DNA of 64,000 bases, taken from the NCBI RefSeq assembly GCF_004010195.1, contig NC_057718.1, forward strand, positions 16,253,906 through 16,317,905, written 5' to 3'. Positions 50,341 through 63,719 of this stretch are shown here, one piece after another; positions within the stretch are counted from its first letter, which is position 1; each line of letters begins with the position of its first letter. The notes beneath the pieces were generated by a model. The model did not search any database. It was not told the origin of the DNA and was given only the letters and a program-made list of their open reading frames with translations. The position numbers were made by a program, and so were the translations under genes. The DNA comes from Chiloscyllium plagiosum. Lineage: Eukaryota.

Positions 50341-52555
50341 CATGATGTGTTAAATTCAGGATTCACTCCTTTTAATTCTTCATATTGAGCAATCACTTTA
50401 AGTATCTCATCTAGGCTAATCAAATTATAAATTATATTATTACAGATGCAAATCTTGATAGTTACTGAAAACATTCATGTGAGGCTATTGTAAAATACAA
50501 TAAATGCTATATACATGGTTCAGAAAGATATTAAAAGCAGTAAAACAAAGTTTCAGCTATTTCTCAGCAATGTCCATTCCAGATAGTCAGATCCCAGAAA
50601 AATATCATTCTTGTCTTAACTCTTTAATTTCTTACTTGACTGACTTTTATTTTTCTCCTTCTGACTGTTGAGGCAGTGTTATGACTTTTTCCAGTTATCA
50701 TTCTCAGACTCCTGGTCTAACATGGCTTAATTTCTGACAATATAAATTTATATAAACTCTTAATAGCTTTGAGACTTTGCAAACTAAAACCCTTCTTCAA
50801 GGATGATTGTTTGGCTTAACTGAAAAACTAGGTCCTCCTGCTAGGAGGAACCTTCCCTTCCTAACTGAAGTCAAAAACTGAAATAATGGCCCTCGTCTAT
50901 TTTCTGTATCTGTCATAAAATCAGCAGTATAAACATTCCATCTGTTAACCATCATAGGTATTATACTAGGCACTTGCTGAATGGAAGCCATTCTTGGAAA
51001 TGAATGTATTTAGGTCTCTTTCTGAATTTTAAAAATAAAATTGCCTTCACAAAACTGAAACCAAAATCCATTTGCCTCTATTTCAAACATCCAAATTCTA
51101 AAAATGATAGGAATAGTGATAAATGTATATGATACATTATGTGTCACCAATTGAAGATACAGTAATATGAGGTATACACTGGATAAAGCGTCAAATGTGA
51201 GGAATCAAAACATCAACTTTAAGCATTATCTGCCAATATAATATTTCACTTAACTTTTTCAAACATGCTGCATTTTGTTCACTTTTTTGGTGCATTAATG
51301 ATTTCATATTGAAGCAACTAGTACCATAGATTATTTGTACATTGTTCCAGATCATTCTTTCAAATCACAATTAGCTACAGGTTGTTCTGCTTTAACACTC
51401 ATTTCGTATGTGTGAATTGGCAATTAAGAGATTGACAAGTTGCAGATACTTTGGAGAATGCAAACTTTCTACTGAATGAGTATTGTGATTTTCTATTAGC
51501 GATCCTCTACGGCGGTCTTCCATAACATGATTTTCTATAGCGTGGGATTGCAGAGGAACACAACCAACGCGTTATAGCAGAATGACCTGAATTGAAAAGT
51601 TACACCTGCACATAATACTAGGAACTGTTCTTACCTCTGAGTTGGGAGGCCCAGGTTCAAGTCCCATCTGCTTCAGAGGTGTGTAATAACATCTTTGAAC
51701 ATGCCGATTAGAAAATTTTAAAAATCAGAATACTAGGTGAGCTCTTGTGGTGCAGTGGTAATGTCCCTATCCCTGAGCTGGGAGGCCCAGGTTCAAGTCC
51801 CAGAGGTGTGGAATAGCATTTCTCAAATACCAATCAGAACAGCTACATAATCAATTGCTGGGATCAACCACAATCTTTACATCATGCAAATCATGAAGTA
51901 CTGCCTCTCCCATCAGCAGATGCTGCAAGTGTAGTGAATTCTCATGTTTGAATTCTGGTGGTATGCTATCATCACCTTATTCTACTTGTGAGATTGCAAA
52001 TCTTGGCTAATAGCATTTATCCTGAATGTTTTTAAAACCGAGAGATCCACATTTAGCATGAGCATCTGAGCCTGTTAACTGCAAGAGGAATGTCACGAAC
52101 CACCGAAGTATTTAACCAAGAAAACAGCCTATTTAAGTTATTGAAGAAAATTGGCTGACTGCTGAAGCTGGTCATTGTGTTATATTTAAAACCCATTGTG
52201 TTCTCTATGAAATTATGTCCATTTAGGAATCAGCCCATACTTTCTTTCACTGGGTTCCCACATCAATTTTTCAAACAAGCCTATGAATTAGGAGCATGAG
52301 AAAGCCATTCAATAAGACTATGGCTGATCTGATTGTAGTCTTAAATCCACAATCCTGCCTATACTTGATAACCTTTTACCCCTTACATATGAATTCACCC
52401 AACTTTACCTTAAAAATATTCAAGGACTCTGCATCCTTTTCAACTTGTTCTGAATACTCATGATCATCTGAGAACAAAGGTTTGCTTCATATCTGTGTTA
52501 AGTGGGCAACCCCTGATTTTTAAGCGTTGTTCCCTAGTTCTAGATACTTCCATAA

Positions 52556-52828
<273 letters not shown>

Positions 52829-55540
52829 TAGATGTTGCAATTGTACCAGCCTTCACCACTTCCTCTGGCAGCTCATTCCATACATGTACCACCCTCTGCA
52901 TGAAATAGTTGCCCCTTAGGTCCCTTTTATATCTTTCACCTCTCACCCTAAACCTATGCCCTCCAGTACTTGACTCCCCCTCCCAGGGAATAGAATTTGT
53001 CTATTTATCCTATCCATGCCCCTCATAATTTTGTAAACCTCTATAAGGTCACCCCTCAGCCTCCGACGTTCCAGGGAAAACAGCTCCAGCCTGTTCAGCC
53101 TCTCCTTATAGCTCAAATGCTCCAACCCTGGCAACATCCTTGTAAATCTTTTCTGAACTCTTTCAAGTTTCACAACATCTTTCCGATAGGAAGGAGACCA
53201 GAATTGCACACAATATTCCAACAGTAGCCTAACCAATGTCCTGTACAGCTGCAACATGATGTCCCAACTCTTGACTCAATACTCTGAACAATAAAGGAAA
53301 GCAGACCAAATGTCGTCTTCATTATCCTATCTACCTGTGACTCCACTTTCAAGGAGCTATGAACCTAAACTCCAAGGTTTCTTTGTTCAGCAACACTCCC
53401 CAGGACCTTACCATTAAGTGTATAAGTCCTGCTAAGATTTGCTTTCCCAAAATGCAGCACCTCTCATTTATCTGAATTAAACTCCCATCTGCCACTTATC
53501 AGCCCACTGGCCCATCTGATCAAGATCCTGTTGTAATCTGAAGTAACCTTCTTCGCTGTCCACTATACCTCCAATTTTGGTGTCATCTGCAAACTTACTA
53601 CCTGTACCTCTTATGCTTACATCCAAATAATTTATGTAAATGACAAAAAGTAGAGGGCCCAGCACCGATCCTTGTGGCACTCCACTGGTCACAGGCCTCC
53701 AGTCTGAAAAACAACCCTCCACCACCACCTTCTTTCTTCTCTTTTTGAGCCCGTTCTGTATCCACATGGCTAGTTCTCCCTGTATTCTGTGAGATCTAAC
53801 CTTGCTAATCAGTCTCCCATGGGGGGAATCTTGTCGAATGCCTTACTGAAGTCCATATAGATCACATCTACCACTCTGCCCTCATCAATCCTCTTTGTTA
53901 TGTCCTCAAAAAACTCAGTCAAGTTTGTGAGACATGATTTGCCACGTACAAAACCATGTTGACTATTCCTAACCAGTCCTTGCCTTTCCAAATGCATGTA
54001 CATCCTGTCCCTCAGGATTCCCTCCAACAACTTGCCCACCACCAACATAAGGCTCACTGGTCTATAGTTCCCTGGCTTGGCCTACTACCTTTCTTAAAGA
54101 GTGGCACCACGTTAGCCAACCTCCAGTCTTCGGCACCTCACCTGTGACTATCGATGATACAAATATCTCAGCAAGAGGCCCAGCAATTACTTCTCTAGCT
54201 TCCCACAGAGTTCTATGGTACACCTGATCAGGTCCTGGGGATTTATCCGCGTGTATGCATTTCAAGAATCCAGCACTTCCTCCTCTGTAATCTGGGCATT
54301 TTGCAAGATGTCACCACCTATTATGCTACTTTCTATATCTTCCACATTCTTTTCCACAGTAAATACTGTTGCAAAATACTCATTTAGTATCTCCCCCATT
54401 TTCTGCGGCTCCACACAAAGGCCGCCTTGCTGATCTTTGAGGGATCCTATTCTCTCCCGAGTTACCCTTTTGTCCTTAATGTTTTTGTAAAAACACTTTG
54501 GATACTCCTTAATTCTATTTTTCAAAGCTATTTCATGTCCCCTTTTTGCCCTCCTGATTTCCCTCTTAAGTATACTCCTACTTTCTTTATACTCTTCTAA
54601 GGATTCACTCGATCTATCCTGTCTATACCTTACATATGCTTCCTCCTTTTTCTTAACCAAATCCTCAATTTCCTAAGTTATCCAGCAATCCCTATACCTA
54701 CCAGCCTTTCCTTTCACCCTGACAGGAATATACTTTCGCTGGATTCCTGTTATCTCATTTCTGAAGGCTTCCCATTTTCTAGCTGTCCCTTTGCCTGTGA
54801 ACATCTGCCCCCAATCAGCTTTTGAAAGTTCTTGTGTAATACTGTCAAAATTGGCCTTTCTCCAATTTAGAACTTCAACTTTTAGATCTGGTCTACCCTT
54901 TTCCATCACTATTTTAAAACGAATAGAATTATGGTCGCTGGCACCAAAGTGCTCCCCCACTGACACCTCAGTCACCTGCCCTGCCTTATTTCCCAAGAGT
55001 ACGTCAAGTTTTGCACCTTCTCTCGTAGGGACATCCACATACTGAATCAGAAAATGTTCTTGTACACACTTAACAAATTCCTCTCCATCTAAACCCATAA
55101 CTCTATGGCAGACCCAGTCTATGTTTGGAAAGTTAAATTCCCTCTGACTATTAGGGGGTCCATAATACAATCCCGGTAAGGTGATCATCCTTTTCATATT
55201 TCTCAGTTGCACCCAAATAACTTTCCTGGATGTATTTCCAGGAATATCCTCCCTCAGTACAGCTGTAATGCTATCCCTTATCAAAAGTGCCACTCCCCCT
55301 CCTCTCTTGCCTCCCTTTGTATCCTTCCTGTAGCATTTGTATCCTGGAACATTAAGCTGACAGTCCTGCCCATCCTTGAGGCATGTTTCTGTAATTGTTA
55401 TGATATCCCAGTCCCATGTTCCTAACCATGCCCTGAGTTCATCTGCCTTCCTTATTAAGTCTCTTGCATTGAAATAAATGCAGTTCAATTTATTAGTGCT
55501 ACTTGTTGTGGTTCTGTTCGCCAAGCTGGGAATTTGTGTT

Positions 55541-55580
55541 GCAGACGTTTCATCCCCTATCTAGGTGACATCCTCAGTGC
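55541..55580 (-). ncRNA. Minimal hammerhead ribozyme motif in the Penelope pseudo-LTR
   Basis: GCA CTGAGGA TGTCACCTAGATAGGGGAT GAAA CG TC TGC. Confidence 0.7.
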
Positions 55581-57102
55581 TTGGGACCTCCTGTGAAGCG
55601 CTTCTGTGTTGTTTCTTCTGACATTTATAGTGAGTGGTTTGTCTCTGCCGCTTCCGGTTGTCAGTTCCAGCTGTCCGCTGCAGTGGCCGGTATATTGGGT
55701 CCAAGTCGATGTGTTTGTTGATAGAATCTGTGGATGAGTGCCATGTCTCTAGGAATTCCCTGGCTGTTCTCTGTTTGGCTTGTCCTATAATAGTAGTGTT
55801 GTCCCAGTCGAACTCATGTTGCTTGTTATCTGCGTGTGTGGCTACTAAGGATAGCTGGTCGTGTCGTTTCGTGGCTAGGAAACGAATCGTTAGCTGTCTT
55901 CCTGTTTGTCCTATGTAGTGTTTTGTGCAGTCCTTGCATGAGAATTTGTACACTACGTTGGTTTTGCTCATGCTGGGTATCGGGTCCTTTGTCCTGGTGA
56001 GTTGTTGTCTGAGAGTGGCTGTTGGTTTGTGTGCTGTTATGCGTCCTAGTGGTCGTAGTAGTCTGGCTGTCAGTTCAGAAATGTTCTTGATGTATGGTAG
56101 TGTGGCTAGTCCTTTGGGTTGTGGCATGTCCTCATTCCGTTGTCTTTCCCTTAGGCATCTGTTGATGAAATTGCGCGGGTATCCGTTTTTGGCAAATACA
56201 TTGTAGAGATATTCTTCTTCCTCTTTTTGCAGTTCTGGTGTGCTGCAGTGTGTTGTGGCCCTTTTGAATAGTGTCTTGATGCAACTTCTTTTGTGTGTGT
56301 TGGGGTGGTTGCTTTCGTAGTTCAGGACTTGGTCTGTGTGTGTGGCTTTCCTGTATACCTTTGTGGTGAATTCTCCGTTCGGTGTTCTCTGTACCATCAC
56401 GTCTAGGAATGGGAGTTGGTTGTCCTTTTCTTCCTCTCTAGTGAATTGGATTCCTGTGAGTGTGGCGTTGATGATCTGGTGTGTGTTTTCTATTTCTGTG
56501 TTTTTAATGAATACAAAGGTGTCATCCACATATCTGACCCAGAGTTTGGGTTGAATTTGCGGTAAGACTGTTTCTTCTAATCGTTGCATTACAGCTTCTG
56601 CTATGAGTCCAGAGATGGGTGAGCCCATGGGTGTGCTGTTGATTTGTTCATATATTTGGTTGTTGAATGTGAAGTGTGTTGTGAGGCAAAGGTCCAGTAG
56701 TTTGAGTATGCCGTCTTTGTTGATAGGTTCCCCGTCTTGTTGTCTGTTCTGTATGTCCAGCAGGTTGGCTATTGTTTTTCTGGCTAGGCTTCTGTCGATA
56801 GAGGTGAACAGTGCCGTTACATCGAATGAGACCGTAGTTTCTTCCTTGTCTATGTGTATATTTCTGATGATGTCCAAGAATTCCTGTGTTGATTGTATAG
56901 AGTGTCTGGATCCGCTGATCAGGTGTTTCAATTTCTGTTGTAGTTGTGTAGCCAGTTTTTGTGATGGTGTCCCTGGTAGCAATACGATGGGTCTGAGTGG
57001 GATGTCTGGTTTGTGCACTTTAGGTAGTCCATAGAATTTGGGGGTGGTGTTGCTTTCAGGTTTCATTTTCTGTAGGTCAAACCTGGTTATCTGTCCGTAC
57101 AA
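55561..57102 (-). CDS. Penelope-like RT + GIY-YIG endonuclease (open 513-codon frame, N-terminally truncated)
   Basis: YGLPKVHK, SFDVTALFT, PMGSP, RYVDD, FLDV, VYRKATH, VVYKFSCKDCTKHYIGQT. Confidence 0.9.
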   Translation of the reverse strand: MYGQITRFDLQKMKPESNTTPKFYGLPKVHKPDIPLRPIVLLPGTPSQKLATQLQQKLKHLISGSRHSIQSTQEFLDIIRNIHIDKEETTVSFDVTALFTSIDRSLARKTIANLLDIQNRQQDGEPINKDGILKLLDLCLTTHFTFNNQIYEQINSTPMGSPISGLIAEAVMQRLEETVLPQIQPKLWVRYVDDTFVFIKNTEIENTHQIINATLTGIQFTREEEKDNQLPFLDVMVQRTPNGEFTTKVYRKATHTDQVLNYESNHPNTHKRSCIKTLFKRATTHCSTPELQKEEEEYLYNVFAKNGYPRNFINRCLRERQRNEDMPQPKGLATLPYIKNISELTARLLRPLGRITAHKPTATLRQQLTRTKDPIPSMSKTNVVYKFSCKDCTKHYIGQTGRQLTIRFLATKRHDQLSLVATHADNKQHEFDWDNTTIIGQAKQRTAREFLETWHSSTDSINKHIDLDPIYRPLQRTAGTDNRKRQRQTTHYKCQKKQHRSASQEVPSTEDVT

Positions 57103-59019
57103 ATCTTCTCACAAACTTTATTAGTGCTACCTTGTCCCTGCCTGCCCTGGCTGTTTGACTCTCTTCTATTCTCAACTGTACCAGTCTTAGATTGATCTCT
57201 TTCCTCACTATCTCCCTGGGTCCCACCCCTCCGCCTTACTAGTTTAAATCCTCCCGAGCAGTTCTAGCAAATCTCCCTGCCAGTATATTAGTCCCCTTGC
57301 AATTTAGGCGCAAACCGTCCTTCTTGTACAGATCACTTCTACCCCAAAAGAGATTCCAATGGTCCAAAAATGTGAATCCTTACCCCATAAACCAGCTCCT
57401 CAGCCATGCATTCATCTGCTCTATTCTCCTATTCCTACCCTCACTAGCTCATAGCACGGAGAGTAATCCAGGTTTTTACTATACTCGAGGACCTCCTTTT
57501 TAAATTTCTGCCTAATTCTCTGTAATCTCCCTTCAGAATCTCAACCTTTTCCCTTCCTATGTCATTGGTTCCATTGTGGACAATGACCTCTTGCTGCCCC
57601 CTCTACCCCGTGAGAACATTCTGCTCTGTCTCTGAAACATCCTTGATCCTCGCACCAGGGAAGCAGCACACCATTGCATTCGAGCCAGTCTCAATACCAG
57701 AAACTTGGCTGTTCGTGCTACGTTCCCCTGAGAATCCATCACCCCCTATATTATCCTAAACAGCATACTTGTTGGAAATGGGTATAGCCACAGAAGACTC
57801 CTGCGTTACCTTCCTACCTCTCTTACCTTTCCTGGAGTTAACCCATCTATGTGACTGTATCTGAGACTTTCCCACCCTTCCTATAACTGCCTTCCATCAC
57901 ATACTGTTGCTGTTGCAAATTCCTCATTGCTTCTAACTGTCTCTCCAATCGATCCATTCGATCCGATAAGCATTTATTGCAGATATAATCCGCAGTAACC
58001 CTAAACTCTCTTTAAACTCCCACATCTGACAAGAAGCGCATTTCACTCTACTAAAGGCCATTTTTGCTTCTTCACAATCTACAGACCCAGAAAATAATAC
58101 CGTCTTATTCCTCTACAAAACACTGCCCCAGGTTAAATTAATAGTTATGGCTTATATTTTAAGTTTAATCAAGAGACATATTTCATAAAACATGCAATCA
58201 AGAAAGAACCTACTCTACTCACTACTGCAGATTTTCTGTAGGTCACACTTACAAACAATACTATTATCTGCTTCTGTGCTGTGAACTTCGCCCAAACAAT
58301 TCCTCCAAGATCAGTTGTGAATTTCTCTGTTTGTTAATTTTCCCAGATGCACTTCGAATTCCAGCGATACATGAATTCAAACAGAAAAGGCAGTAACAGT
58401 GCAGGTTCACTGCTATGTCAGTTTCTTTCTCTCTCCCTCCTGCACTGACCTCACCATGTGCTTCCTTTGTCTGTTCTCCCTTTTAAAACTGCTGTTGTTT
58501 TGACTTGTTTTTTCCAAAGTTCCAAAACAATACAACAGCATATAAAACTGTAATTGCTGCTCCTGGAATTCGAGGAAATCACCTCCAACACCTAAAATAC
58601 CTCAATAAAGAAGCAGCTGTTACAGCCAGAAATTTTTCCCGTCCTCCATTTTGGATTACCGAGAATCTGTACATATCTACGACTCTATTTCTTCTATTTT
58701 TACTTAATACTACTTAAGTGATGAGATTGCAGGCACTTCCTTTCAGTGAATTTCTGCACGTTCACTAGGTGTGATTCTCTCTTTTACTGTTTCCCAATAC
58801 AGGCTTAACTCACTGACTTCTCACTGAATGCTTAAGAAAAGCTCAGATTTTGTTTTCTAGCTCTGTCTATTTGGCTTGTTAAAACAGTTTAAGACTTCTT
58901 TCTATTTCTCATGACTGTCAAAACTAAACTGCCTATCAGCTGGTATGGATTTTTTATTCTGAACTAATCATGCTCCTGACCTCTAGCCTCTCCTCTCTTT
59001 TTATGGGTTTCACACTTCA

Positions 59020-59390
59020 ATACCCTTTACCCACACTATTAGCCTTCCATCATTGACTCCATCTGTACTTCCTCTTGCCTCGGTAAAGCAACAAGCATAA
59101 TCAAAGACCCATCCTACTCCAGTTATACTTTCTTCCAACCTCTTCGTTGGGCAGAAGATGTAAAATTTGAATTCATGTATGAACAGATTCACAAACAGAC
59201 TTTTGAAGGGACCTCTCAAATGTTCATGTTGAACTCTCTATCTGTGCCTTCTCTGCGGCTGTAACACTATTCTGCACTCTGTTCTGTTACCCTGATGCAC
59301 TTTATATGGTATGATCTGCCTGTATAGCACACAAAACAACTGTTTTCACTGTATCTCATACATGACAACAATAAATGATATCTAATCATC
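59020..59390 (+). mobile_element. Rex1/Babar-like LINE 3' end (an RT fragment of the same type lies at ~52585-52665)
   Basis: LPSIDSICTSSCLGKATSIIKDP here; [19 protein letters not shown] in the upstream fragment. Confidence 0.7.
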
Positions 59391-60872
59391 TTTTACGCCA
59401 AAATTTATCAACCTCTATTTTAAATATACTCGAAAACTAAGTTTCCAGAACCATCTAAGGTAGAAATCTCCAAAGGTTCTTCATCTTCTAAGTAAAAAAA
59501 TGAAATTCTTACTAAGAATAAGTGTAGGAAAGTACCTTACTGATTTTACTTTTACAGTTTTTGGCGGAATTCGTTGAATTATGACATTGTTTCCATACCA
59601 GACAGGCCTGTACCTTTTAATATAGCTCCATGACATCACAACATGCAATATTTCAATATAAAACCGCTCGCCTTGCCTCAGCCATGTCCCATGTCATGGA
59701 GTCAATGTAGTATCTTCACTTTTGTAACTATGAGTAATGTACGGTAGCATCAGTAAGCCCAGAATTTGTAATTTTGTGATATTGTAACTCTGTAAATAGT
59801 TGGTGTTGTACATAATCTTCAAAATAACTATCTCACAAGAACCTGACTATCAGTGGTGTATGTTCTATGAGTTTCAGCTGTGTCTAAGACTTGTCTATTT
59901 TGAATACTAGCATGTGGGCTTGGTTGAGTGCATGCCCTTATTATCTGTTGCATATTTTGGCATTGCATCATTGTGCTTGAACAGCCTAGAACTGCTCCTC
60001 CTGCTGTTCATTAAGGAATTGTTGGTGCATTATATTAAGCTTTGTGAAGAAGCAATTCAAGATCGAATAAATTTCAGCTTCAGCTTCTTTAATAGCATTC
60101 TTGCCATTAAGTTTGGCATTTTGAGTTCAAGATTCAATGACTGAGATAATCTTGGGTAATGGTTTTATGTAGTATTATGTAATAAACTCTTTAGAAGACT
60201 TTTACTCATTTGCTGTTGGTTACCATTCAATGGGTTTAGGAAGATTTGAATTTCTTTTGTTAGTTAAGGATGATGTATGGATCTCACAGCTTAGCACGTT
60301 ATATTGTTTATTGCGGATGACAATTTTAGTTAGGTGTTTGGCAGTTTTGGTCCAGATTGAAATCAAACTCGCCAACTTCAATCTAGAGATGAGGAGCTTG
60401 TTTTAGCCTGTTTATATGGGATACAGTCATCAGAGCCCTGAAGACTCATTTCCATTTTATTGAATTGTTTAGGTGTACACATTTTCATTGACTTAAGAAG
60501 AAGAGATTGCTTACCATAGGATGGGATTTTATTCTCTATACAGCATAGTTGTGATGAAGAAAGTTGCCTGAAACTTTATATTCCATCTGACCTTTTTTGT
60601 GGAACTATTGTGGCTTAGAATTAAAAAAAAACAGTATATATCCTTAAAAGAAAGAACTTTACCCTTTTGAGCACTAAGATTTATACTCTTACTGACTAAT
60701 TGAATAAAAACATTGTTAATTCAGTAACTTATTCATGTAGCAAATAGTTTTAAGAAATAAAAACAGAAAATGCAGGGAGTACTCAGTTGACAGGCAGGAG
60801 GCTGGAAGAGCACAGCAAGCCAGGCAGCATCAGGAGGTGGAGAAGACAATGCTTTCGGGATAACCCTTCTTC

Positions 60873-62586
60873 CGCAGTGGGACCATTTGGCGCAGCCATT
60901 TTGACTTGAGTGATTTGGCGCGGCTGTTTGGCGCAGCCTATTTTGCCACAGGCCCATTTAGGTGCAGAGCTATTTTGGTGCAGATATAAGACCATAAGAC
61001 ATAGGAGCGGAAGTAAGGCCATTCGGCCCATCAAGTCCACTCCGCCATTCAATCATGGCTGATGGGCATTTCAACTCCATTTACCTGCATTCTCCCCGTA
61101 GCCCTTAATTCCTTGTGACATCAAGAATTTATCAATTTCTGCCTTGAAGACATTTAGCGTCCCAGCCTCCACTGCACTCTGTGGCAATGAATTCCACAGG
61201 CCCACCACTCTCTGGCTGAAGAAATGTCTCTGCATTTCTATTCTGGATTTACCCCCTCTAATTCTAAGGCTGTGTCCACGTGTCCTAGTCTCCTCGCCTA
61301 ACGGAAACAATTTCCTAGCGTCCACCCTCTCCAAGTCATGTATTATCTTGTAAGTTTCTATTAGATCTCCCCTTAATCTTCTAAACTCCAATGAATACAA
61401 TCCCAGGATCCTCAGCCATTCCTCATATGTTAGAGCTACCATTCCAGGGATCATCTGTGTGAATCTCCGTTGGACACGCTCCAATGCCAGTATGTCCTTC
61501 CTGAGGTGTGGGGACCAAAACTGGACACAGTACTCCAAATGGGGCCTAACCAGAGCTTTATAAAGTCTCAGTAGCACAACGGAGCTTTTATATTCCAACC
61601 CTTTTGAGATAAATGACAACCCTCTTGAGATATACGGTAGTCATCAACGAAAATCAACATAATAGTAGAATTATTAAATGGGTAGTTTCCAGTAGTTTGT
61701 CGTTATTTGTGTATTAACTGCATTTAGTCTGTGATTAGTCCACTCCTAACCGTGGTTCCTCAAAATTTCTAAAAGAAAAGAAAATATAACCCATTAAATT
61801 CCCTGAATTTCTTTAATTTCAACGGAATATCGTGCCCTGCTACGAGATGTACAAGTTCAAAGTCACAGTTGATAATATCAGGGCGGCATTCAGGCTATAT
61901 TTCCAGAACCATTTCAAATAATTTATCATATGTTGTTCATAACTTATTTGGGAGTAAAGCTTACAACAGTGGGAACACACCTTTATGTGTTTCCCCTAAA
62001 GTAACATGAACTTGTGAAAATAGAGGTGGGGAAATTTTGAATGTTCCATCAACATATAACTTTTTTGATTGTTTCAGAAACTCGGCATTCCTTTTTTTTC
62101 CAAATATCAGAATTCTGCAGGTGGTGCTAGTAAAAGTTGTTCTTCATTATATTCATTAACCGAATATGTTTTAAAGCTATCTGGAATTAAAAGTTCTTCT
62201 AAATTTCTTGGATTTACTGGGTAAGCAGCAATTTCTTTCCTTGTCCTACGAACCATTTTCTTCAGCACTCTGTTGTTAGGCATCGATCCTTGGCAAGCTT
62301 CCGACAAATTTTCTAGGCATTCGTTAATCACTTGTAAAGTTCCCTCTACAGTTGTTTTTCTTTGATGACTAGTTATTTTAATAATAGCTACAAACTACTG
62401 GAAACTACCCATTTAATAATTCTACTATTATGTTGATTTTTGTTGATGACTACCGTATAACTGCGCCAAAATAGTTCTGCGCCTAAGTGGGTCTGCGGCA
62501 AAATAGGCTGCACCAAACAGGCCACGCCAAATCACTCGCGCCAAATCACTCGCGCCAAAATGGCTGCGCCAAATGGTCCTAAATCC
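60873..62586 (-). mobile_element. Mutator-like (MULE) DNA transposon, internally deleted, with long repeat-containing TIRs
   Basis: 9-bp TSD CCCTTCTTC (60864-60872, 62587-62595); TIRs of ~180 bp (60880-60988 + 61635-61700 versus 62390-62579); transposase remnant LYVDGTFKISPPLFSQV..ALLPNK..INCDFE. Confidence 0.92.
60989..61627 (-). mobile_element. CR1-group LINE 3' fragment inserted in the left MULE TIR
   Basis: Open ORF 61071-61619 (LVRPHLEYCVQFWSP); TSD AGATATA at 60982-60988 and 61628-61634. Confidence 0.92.
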
Positions 62587-63719
62587 CCCTTCTTCAAGAC
62601 TGGGTGTAGGGGTGAGGGGAGCTGCAGATCAAGGGTATGGGGATGTGTTTGGATGGGGAGAGGGACGGAGTGGTGAGGTAGTGATAGGTGAACGCAGATA
62701 AAGAATGTGGCCTGGTTGGTCAATGGAAGGAATGAATTCAGTTTGTGGCTGGAAGGAACGGTAAGTGGAATGGAAAGGAGGAGAAGGGGCTGGAAAGGGA
62801 GTTGGGGATGAGAAGGGGGGTTACTTGAAATTGGAGAACTCAGTTTTCAGTTCACTGGGCTGCAGGCTACCCAGGTTCCTGCAGTAAACAGCAGTAAAAG
62901 TTAGAAAGCTACTGAGTACTCCAATTTCCAGTCTGATTCACTCTGGCAATGGAGGAGGCCGAGGACGGTCATGTCGGAGATGGAGTGGGAAGGGGAATTG
63001 AAACGAGCAGTGACTGGGAAGTCAGGTTGGCCCTTGCATGCCCAGCTGAGGTGCTCTGCGAAATGTGCCCTTAGTTTACGTTTGGTCTCACCAATGTAGA
63101 GAAGACCATGTCAGGAGCACCAGACACAGTAAGCTAGTAGTACTCAGTAGCTTTCTAACTTTTACTGCTGTTTAAGACTTGAGCTTCAGAATTTCTGACA
63201 CACTTCCTGGACGTGCAGAGTGGAACAGTTACTATAATATCTATTATTTAGTTTCCAACGCAATTCAGGTGATCTTCAATTAGTGACAAAATAGACCATT
63301 TTATGTTAATTCCAAACTCTGAAACCAATAATAATACTAGGATAGGTGCTCAAGTTGGCCTCAATTTTCAACGAAATGTTCAGCGCATTTTTGAATCATA
63401 GATGGCTAAAATATGGAATGGAGACATTTTGGCTCATCTATTCCAGTACTTCGTAAACGAATGCTCAATTTCTCCACTCCATTCTCTACCTTCCATAAAC
63501 TTCATTTAGTTCAAATCCATTTTGTTTGTTAAATTTGCAATAGATCTGCTCACCCAGCACCCTGCACCTGTCAATCTACACTAGTTTCCATTGCTTTGAG
63601 TTTGGAACAAGTTGAGTGCCTTTTAACACTATCCCTGCCCCAAAACAAGTAGTTCTCCTTCCTCAACCTTTGTTTCCACTTCTTTCATTTCATCATTGAT
63701 GGTCTTCATTTTCACCTAG

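Larger units (their letters stand above)
55503..57116 (-). mobile_element. Penelope/Poseidon-like retrotransposon, 5'-truncated
   Basis: 14-bp TSD TTTATTAGTGCTAC (55489-55502, 57117-57130); RT plus GIY-YIG ORF; short inverted terminal tail at 57098-57116. Confidence 0.95.
60755..63130 (-). mobile_element. Penelope-like terminal fragment split by the MULE (60755-60872 and 62587-63130)
   Basis: cagcaagccaggcagcatc...ctttcgggataacccttcttc|aagactgg; same family as 30781-30913. Confidence 0.65.

Noticed and set aside
51620..51830. tRNA-like sequences with GGTTCAAGTCCC
   Set aside because: No complete cloverleaf; best explained as degenerate SINE heads.
54673..55524. 283-aa ORF with a novel N-terminus
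   Set aside because: CR1 endonuclease read in frame from the end of the inserted Penelope; a junction artefact.
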